Below, piece after piece: positions 59,223 through 64,000 of a stretch of DNA of 64,000 bases (position 1 is the first letter of the stretch; every line of letters begins with the position of its first letter). Origin of the DNA: Nitrospira sp. (GTDB lineage: Bacteria > Nitrospirota > Nitrospiria > SBBL01 > JAADHI01). A program made the position numbers and the translations under genes. The stretch spans positions 466 through 64,465 of the forward strand of contig JALUVJ010000014.1 in the NCBI GenBank assembly GCA_027020665.1. Reading direction: 5' to 3'. The notes beneath the pieces are model-generated. The model searched no databases, was not told the origin of the DNA, and was given only the letters and a program-made list of their open reading frames with translations.

Positions 59223-59942
59223 TCATTTTTTTGATTCCGACCCGGCCCGCTTCAACTCTGCCGCAGAGGCACGAAGATATACCGGGTTGGCCATGTCCGG
59301 CGGTGTCACTTCCCCATTTAAAAACCGCTCAAACGCCAACTCCGCCACGTGTGCGGCGGAAGAATACTGAAAAGCACGGGCTGGGATACAGGCCTGTTTC
59401 CCCATTTTTTTCTGAAGGAGTGCGCGATATTTTATTGTTCCGTCACCTGTGAATAACACGGGTCTTTTCATCTCTTCACTTATTTGGATAATGCTATTGA
59501 GTGCAAGGTCTGGCGGGATGGCTTGGTCTTTTTGAAGCCGGTCCAACTTTCCTTTTTCCGCATCAAACAAAGCGGTGTAGACTTCGCCTTTTCGTGCGTC
59601 AACAAAGGGGGCGATCAAGGGATGGGCATAGGGGAATGCGGCGGCCATTCCTTCTAAGGTGGGCACCAAAACCAACGGCAGGTTTGCCCCCACGGCGAGT
59701 CCTTTTGCGGTGGCCAAACCTACGCGCAGTCCCGTAAAGGAGCCGGGGCCGATGGAGACGGCAAGGGCATCTAAGTCGCCTAATGTCGTCCGGCTTTGTT
59801 CTAAAAGATGGTCGATTGAAACCATGATGCGCTCTGCATGTCGCGAGGGGACGTTTAAGCGGTATTCCCCAATGAGATATGTTTCATCCATCAAGGCAAT
59901 GCCGCCCTCAATTGCACTGGTTTCAATGGCCAAGATTTTCAT
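59223..59942 (-). CDS. tsaB: tRNA threonylcarbamoyladenosine biosynthesis protein TsaB
   Basis: 239 aa with MKILAIETS and GPGSFTGLRVGLATAKG motifs. Confidence 0.8.
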   Translation of the reverse strand: MKILAIETSAIEGGIALMDETYLIGEYRLNVPSRHAERIMVSIDHLLEQSRTTLGDLDALAVSIGPGSFTGLRVGLATAKGLAVGANLPLVLVPTLEGMAAAFPYAHPLIAPFVDARKGEVYTALFDAEKGKLDRLQKDQAIPPDLALNSIIQISEEMKRPVLFTGDGTIKYRALLQKKMGKQACIPARAFQYSSAAHVAELAFERFLNGEVTPPDMANPVYLRASAAELKRAGSESKK

Positions 59943-60715
59943 TGACTCTGTCCTGTCGCAGGTGGGGGGAAAGAAACTTCTTTGAACTGTAGGCTGATGA
60001 CCTCATTGCCGGAGACGCCTTTTACGGAAAAAGGAAATTCCCGCCCGTCAACGAGTTGATAATTGTCCAGTTCAATGAAACTGCGCCTTAAACCCGTATA
60101 ATCAAAGAGTTCGACACGTTTGACACGAAAGGCGCTGCGTTCGATGAAGATCTTGTCCACCAAAATGGCACGGCCCTCGAAGATTAAAAAGAGATAAAGG
60201 ATAAAAAAATCGTCCGATTTTTCGAGCACGGGGATTTTGGGAAAGGCGGTATCCGGTATGCCGCCGCGTTGTACCCACTTTAAAAGGTCGATGGAGCCAA
60301 AGGGGATTTGTCGGCCTGCGATTTGATCAAAAAATTCCAGATCGGCTTCAAAGGCTTTTGGATCGGAAGGTGTTTTTAATGAAAAAGACGTGGCACCAAC
60401 ATCCAGTGTGAAGAGATCTCCGCCAAAAAGATTGAATCCTCTCAGGTGAATGAATTCCGGAGAGGACCGCCAGGCGGCTTGAATGTTATGGCGACCGCGT
60501 TCGCCCAAATCGGCCTCGATTTTCACGAGGGCTTTGATGTTGCTGCTCAGTTTTGCGCGCTGTTGATAGAGGGAAAGCAGCTCTTCCAGTGAGGCATCTT
60601 GTTTCGGGAGCGTGGTGGCGGGTTTGATTTGTTTTCCGGAACAGGCGGAGAGCGTGAAGAGACACAAAAGCCCCAGTAAAACGGTCTTTGATATTGGCAG
60701 GGATGATGTGTTCAT
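59939..60715 (-). CDS. Lipoprotein of unknown function (LolB/DUF4292-like is a guess)
   Basis: 258 aa with a signal peptide and the lipobox LFTLSAC. It is translationally coupled to tsaB and to the upstream HicB-like ORF (ATGA overlaps). Confidence 0.5.
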   Translation of the reverse strand: MNTSSLPISKTVLLGLLCLFTLSACSGKQIKPATTLPKQDASLEELLSLYQQRAKLSSNIKALVKIEADLGERGRHNIQAAWRSSPEFIHLRGFNLFGGDLFTLDVGATSFSLKTPSDPKAFEADLEFFDQIAGRQIPFGSIDLLKWVQRGGIPDTAFPKIPVLEKSDDFFILYLFLIFEGRAILVDKIFIERSAFRVKRVELFDYTGLRRSFIELDNYQLVDGREFPFSVKGVSGNEVISLQFKEVSFPPPATGQSQ

Positions 60716-60903
60716 GGATAATCAATTTCTCCCGTTTCCCGAACACAGGGTGTTTTTCCGTCATTAAACTCTTTGTGGATTTCCTTGAGGTTTTCTTTTA
60801 AATTTTCCAGGGTATCGCCTTGCATAACATCGTCCGGAAATTCAATCAAGTAACCCAGCCAAAGGTCTCGATCTTGCCAATAGACAAATTTTAGTTTTTC
60901 CAA
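60712..60903 (-). CDS. Solo HicB-like (UPF0150-type) small protein
   Basis: 63 aa. KFVYWQDRDLWLGYLIEFPDDVMQGDTLENLKENLKE fits the HicB-like pattern and aligns by eye with the 46458-46661 product (QD..W.G...E.P......L.E.L). There is no HicA-like ORF nearby. Confidence 0.55.
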   Translation of the reverse strand: MEKLKFVYWQDRDLWLGYLIEFPDDVMQGDTLENLKENLKEIHKEFNDGKTPCVRETGEIDYP

Positions 60904-61077
60904 TCGGGTTCCTTATTGTGCGTAAAAACGGAGGTTTGTGATATTGAAATCTCTGCCGATCAATCTGTCTTTGGGAAGCTCTGATTCAAGCCGGACCGGA
61001 TCTGCACTTCCTTTACATTGAAATGAGACTTGTTTTTGAAATGCGGAACATGAATGGCTGTGTTCGGAGGCCCTTTG

Positions 61078-61150
61078 TGGAGCTGGGGGGGATTGAACCC
61101 CCTACCTCCTGATTGCGAACCAGGCGCTCTCCCAATTGAGCTACAGCCCC
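61078..61150 (-). tRNA. tRNA-Ala (anticodon CGC)
   Basis: The reverse complement folds by hand into a 73-nt cloverleaf: acceptor GGGGCTG/CAGCTCC with the G3:U70 alanine identity pair, D-arm GCTC-AATTGGGA-GAGC, anticodon arm CCTGG-TTCGCAA-TCAGG, and T-arm GGGGG-TTCAATC-CCCCC. CCA is not encoded. Confidence 0.9.
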
Positions 61151-61181
61151 ATCTCGATTTTTTACGGATTGAAGGAGGGAA

Positions 61182-61210
61182 AAGATAAAACATTTACAAT
61201 CCCTTGTCAA
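61182..61210 (-). promoter_or_regulatory. Sigma70-like promoter for tRNA-Ala
   Basis: On the minus strand: TTGACA, a 17-nt spacer, then TATCTT, ending about 30 nt upstream of the tRNA 5' end. Confidence 0.35.
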
Positions 61211-61218
61211 TTTCTAAA

Positions 61219-61298
61219 GGAAGCGCTGATGAAGTGATGAATTGTTTTTTCGAGGCAAAAATGCCCGGCTTTTGCCTTGCAAATTTTGTAAATAGCGG
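61219..61298 (-). repeat. ~80-nt intergenic repeat, copy B (between fbp and tRNA-Ala)
   Basis: The reverse complement reads CCGCTATTTACAAAATTTTGCAAGGCAAAAGCCGGGCATTTTTGCCTCGAAAAAACAATTCATCACTTCATCAGCGCTTCC, matching 28011-28091. Confidence 0.6.
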
Positions 61299-61361
61299 GC
61301 TATTCCCTGAACTTTGCGCCTTGAATCTGACATTTTAGCCCTCGCAAAACTCGACACAGGC

Positions 61362-62348
61362 TTAATCGGGGCTTCCTGAAATACATTTTTCCGCAAGCAG
61401 GACATCTTCTGTGCTGCCGATGATGAGAGGGACCCGGTGATGAATTTTTTTGGGTACGATATCGAGCAGCCGGGTTCTTCCTGTGCTGGCACGGCCCCCG
61501 GCTTGTTCTACAATGAAGGCAAGCGGGGCGGCTTCATAGAGCAGTCTCAGTTTGCCTTCGGGATTTTTTTGATCTGCCGGGTAGAGGAAAATCCCGCCTT
61601 TTAAAAGGTTGCGATGAAAGTCGGCAACCAAGGAGCCGACATAACGCGCGGTTTTGTTTTGTCGTCTGGCCAAGTCCACATAGGCTGCGATATTTTCTTG
61701 CCAAATCATTTGATAGGCTTCATTAATGCTGTAGGTTTTTCCCTGTTTTGGGGTTTGTATTGCTTCGTGCGAAAGCAGGAATTCCCCGATGCCGGGGTCA
61801 AGCGTAAAGCCATGCACGCCGTGACCTGTGGTGTAAACCAGCATCGTGCTTGAGCCGTAGATGAGGTAGCCTGCGCCCACGAGTTTTCGTCCGGGCTGGA
61901 GGAAGTCGTTCATCGTGGCCTTGTTGCCTTCGCTTTCCCGGCGATAAATGGAAAAGATCGACCCGATGCTGATGTTAACGTCAATATTGGAAGAGCCGTC
62001 AAGTGGGTCCATTAAGAAGACATATTTTCCTTTGGGCGCGTCTTTCGGGATATGGTAGATGTCGTCCATTTCTTCGGAGGCGATGCCTGCCAAATGTCCG
62101 GTATGGCAGAGCGTTTGGATGAAGATGGCATTGGCGAAGTCGTCGAGTTTTTGCACATCTTCCCCGTGGATATTTTTTTTGCCTTTATACCCCAGGATGT
62201 CGATGAGTCCGGCTTTGTTGACTTCACGGGAGATGACTTTTCCCGCCGTGGTGATGCCTGCAAGTAAACTGGTGAATTCTCCGGAAGCTCCCGGGTATTT
62301 GCGCTGTTCTTCGATTAAAAACTGAGTGAGGGTGGTTCCCAATGCCAT
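61362..62348 (-). CDS. fbp: Fructose-1,6-bisphosphatase class 1
   Basis: 328 aa with the LTQFLIEEQRK start, DPLDGSSNIDVN and GGIFLYP motifs. Confidence 0.9.
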   Translation of the reverse strand: MALGTTLTQFLIEEQRKYPGASGEFTSLLAGITTAGKVISREVNKAGLIDILGYKGKKNIHGEDVQKLDDFANAIFIQTLCHTGHLAGIASEEMDDIYHIPKDAPKGKYVFLMDPLDGSSNIDVNISIGSIFSIYRRESEGNKATMNDFLQPGRKLVGAGYLIYGSSTMLVYTTGHGVHGFTLDPGIGEFLLSHEAIQTPKQGKTYSINEAYQMIWQENIAAYVDLARRQNKTARYVGSLVADFHRNLLKGGIFLYPADQKNPEGKLRLLYEAAPLAFIVEQAGGRASTGRTRLLDIVPKKIHHRVPLIIGSTEDVLLAEKCISGSPD

Positions 62349-62423
62349 GTGTCAGACTCTTTGTGCGAAGGCGCCGGTTGTCGTTTTCTTTTATACCTGA
62401 AATTGCGTTGCGTTGCAGCAATT

Positions 62424-63356
62424 TTATGACTGAAAGATTTCCCGGCTCCCTTCAAGATCCATTGCGGTCACCCGGACTTCAGAATCAACGCCGTGTGCGC
62501 CAAAGGCGTTTTGCATGGCCCGGGCGATTTTCTCGCCCGGGTGTTTATCATCCGAGACGGCAAAAATCGTGGACCCCGCACCTGAGATGGAACATCCCAG
62601 TGCGCCGGTGCTGAGTGCGGCCTTTTTGACATCGGCAAATCCTTTAATCAGGGGGGCCCGCGCAGGTTCGACGATATGATCTTGAATGGATTGGCCAAAG
62701 CGTTTCAAATCATTTTGTGCCACGGCCCATGAAATCATACTGGTCTGTGACATGTTGGCGATAAAATCAGCCAGGGGCACGGATTGCGGAAGGGCATTGC
62801 GTGCATCTTTGGTTAAGACGCGAAAATCAGGGGTGGCGATAACAATGACGGCGTCTTTGATTGCCCCGAGCCGGACGACTTCCCGGGTAAAAGGGTTGTT
62901 CCAAGTGACGCCGCCCATCAGTGACGGTCCGACATTATCGAGGAAAAAACCGCCGCTGACTTTTTCTTCTGCCACGGCGGCGAGGGAAACGAGGTCGGAT
63001 TTTGTCAGTCGTCCGCCGTATAAGAGATTGGCGGCATAGGCTCCCGCCACGGCACTGGCAGCGCTGCTGCCCAAACCGGTGCCGGGAATGTCTTTATGCA
63101 GGGTGATGAGCATGCCGGTTTTGATATTGAGGTGATTTAAAACCGCCCGGGCGGCGATGCCTGCCGTATTTTCATTTGGGCCGAGAGGCAATTGCCCCTT
63201 ATCTCCGGTAATTTTTTTGATGACGATATCGGCTTCGGAGTGTTGTTCTGCGGTCAGTGTGTCGCCCATGCCCGAAAGCGCCATGCCGAGCACGTCGAAT
63301 CCGGGGCCGAGGTTGCCGACCGAGGCCGGTGCAAAAACGGTGACTTTTTTTCTCAT
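62424..63356 (-). CDS. thrB: Homoserine kinase
   Basis: 310 aa with APASVGNLGPGFD and the GHMP motif IPGTGLGSSAASAV. Confidence 0.9.
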   Translation of the reverse strand: MRKKVTVFAPASVGNLGPGFDVLGMALSGMGDTLTAEQHSEADIVIKKITGDKGQLPLGPNENTAGIAARAVLNHLNIKTGMLITLHKDIPGTGLGSSAASAVAGAYAANLLYGGRLTKSDLVSLAAVAEEKVSGGFFLDNVGPSLMGGVTWNNPFTREVVRLGAIKDAVIVIATPDFRVLTKDARNALPQSVPLADFIANMSQTSMISWAVAQNDLKRFGQSIQDHIVEPARAPLIKGFADVKKAALSTGALGCSISGAGSTIFAVSDDKHPGEKIARAMQNAFGAHGVDSEVRVTAMDLEGSREIFQS

Positions 63357-64000
63357 GAATCTCCTGTGCGTGGGGGGTGATATTGGTTGATCATATTGAT
63401 CATCTGGCGAAAGCGGCCGAAGCTTTTCTGGTTGAAATTAAAGACGATACGGTGGAGGCCATCGAGGTCCTCCGTGCAGTCTTCTTGGCAGAGGGTTTCG
63501 CTTCTTTTGATTTTGCCGCGCACGATGATGTCGGAAAAATGGTCGTTGAGTTGTTCGAGAAATGTGTCTTCAACCGGTTGGTGGAGCCGGATCACGGTTT
63601 TATCTTTCATAAAACAGCATGAATTGTAGTTGTGATAGAAGTTTGTGATTTCACGGACGGCCGTGTCGATGTGATCCGTGACTTTAAAAAGAGACAGGTC
63701 TTCGGGAGAAATGAGTCCCTTTTCAACGAGTTCTTCTTTGACGTAATTGCGCCACGATTTCCAGTAGCTGCCCCCAGGCACGTCAATGAAAACAACGGGC
63801 ATGGGTTCGGTCTTTCCCGTTTGCAGCAAGGTGAGGGATTCAAAGCCTTCATCGTGCGTGCCGAATCCGCCGGGAAAAAGGGCGATGGCATCGGCCTCTT
63901 TCACAAAAAAAAGCTTCCGTGTGAAAAAATATTTAAAGGTCATCAGCTTGGGATCATTTTCAATAAATTTGTTGGCGCTTTGCTCGAAAGGCAGCAAAAT
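63353..64000 (-). CDS. LOG/TIGR00730-family protein (PpnN-like layout with C-terminal extension), 5'-truncated by window edge
   Basis: The PGGFGTHDE motif lies only ~40 residues from the window edge, and the frame stays open to nt 64000, so the N-terminus lies outside the window. The stop overlaps the thrB start (ATGA). Confidence 0.7.
   Translation of the reverse strand: MLLPFEQSANKFIENDPKLMTFKYFFTRKLFFVKEADAIALFPGGFGTHDEGFESLTLLQTGKTEPMPVVFIDVPGGSYWKSWRNYVKEELVEKGLISPEDLSLFKVTDHIDTAVREITNFYHNYNSCCFMKDKTVIRLHQPVEDTFLEQLNDHFSDIIVRGKIKRSETLCQEDCTEDLDGLHRIVFNFNQKSFGRFRQMINMINQYHPPRTGDS

Noticed and set aside
60960-61210. Two ORFs (77 and 65 aa) covering the tRNA-Ala region.
   Set aside because: They translate straight through a well-folding tRNA gene and its promoter, so they are ORF-caller artefacts.
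61251-61278. The GGCAAAA-N9-TTTTGCC stem in repeat copy B as the fbp terminator.
   Set aside because: On the fbp-sense (minus) strand the stem is followed by an A-run, not a U-run. The stem is also not conserved in repeat copy A.

Overview
This is a densely coded chromosomal segment of about 60 genes and one tRNA. I saw no rRNA, CRISPR array, transposase, integrase or phage genes. All functional calls come from motif recognition by eye in the supplied translations; no database search was possible.

Gene content, left to right:
- A canonically ordered trp operon, trpE(5'-partial)-G-D-C-F-B-A.
- A decayed vapBC remnant.
- A CzcB/CzcA-type heavy-metal RND pump, preceded by a small His-rich secreted protein and with no outer-membrane factor gene.
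- A REC-GGDEF response regulator.
- A long minus-strand beta-oxidation operon: fadD-like ligase, thiolase, 3-hydroxyacyl-CoA dehydrogenase, crotonase, acyl-CoA dehydrogenase, etfB, etfA, fixC-like.
- A CBS protein and glutamate dehydrogenase.
- A two-gene module of unknown function: a GyrA N-terminal-domain homologue lacking the catalytic Tyr, plus a degenerate MobA-like nucleotidyltransferase fold.
- dus, maf, a UDG-like gene and a DEAD-box helicase.
- DUF302 and degP, a ClC channel, and a fatty-acid cis/trans isomerase.
- A 2-oxoacid:ferredoxin oxidoreductase operon whose ferredoxin (delta) module is fused to a GltD/NfnB-like NAD(P)H flavoprotein.
- Directly upstream on the same strand, a 15-kb nuo (complex I) locus.
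- At the right end, a TPR lipoprotein, tsaB, a lipoprotein, a second solo HicB-like gene, tRNA-Ala(CGC), fbp, thrB and a partial LOG-family gene.

The nuo locus is the most unusual feature. It runs nuoA-B-C-D-G-I-J-K followed by five antiporter-like subunits. It has no nuoE, nuoF or nuoH, and a HicB-like mini-gene is translationally coupled inside it.

Non-coding oddities:
- An ~80-nt repeat occurs twice, upstream of dus and upstream of tRNA-Ala.
- An AAATCAG/CTGATTT palindrome recurs in three intergenic spots.
- Several strong GC-rich hairpins lack U-tracts.
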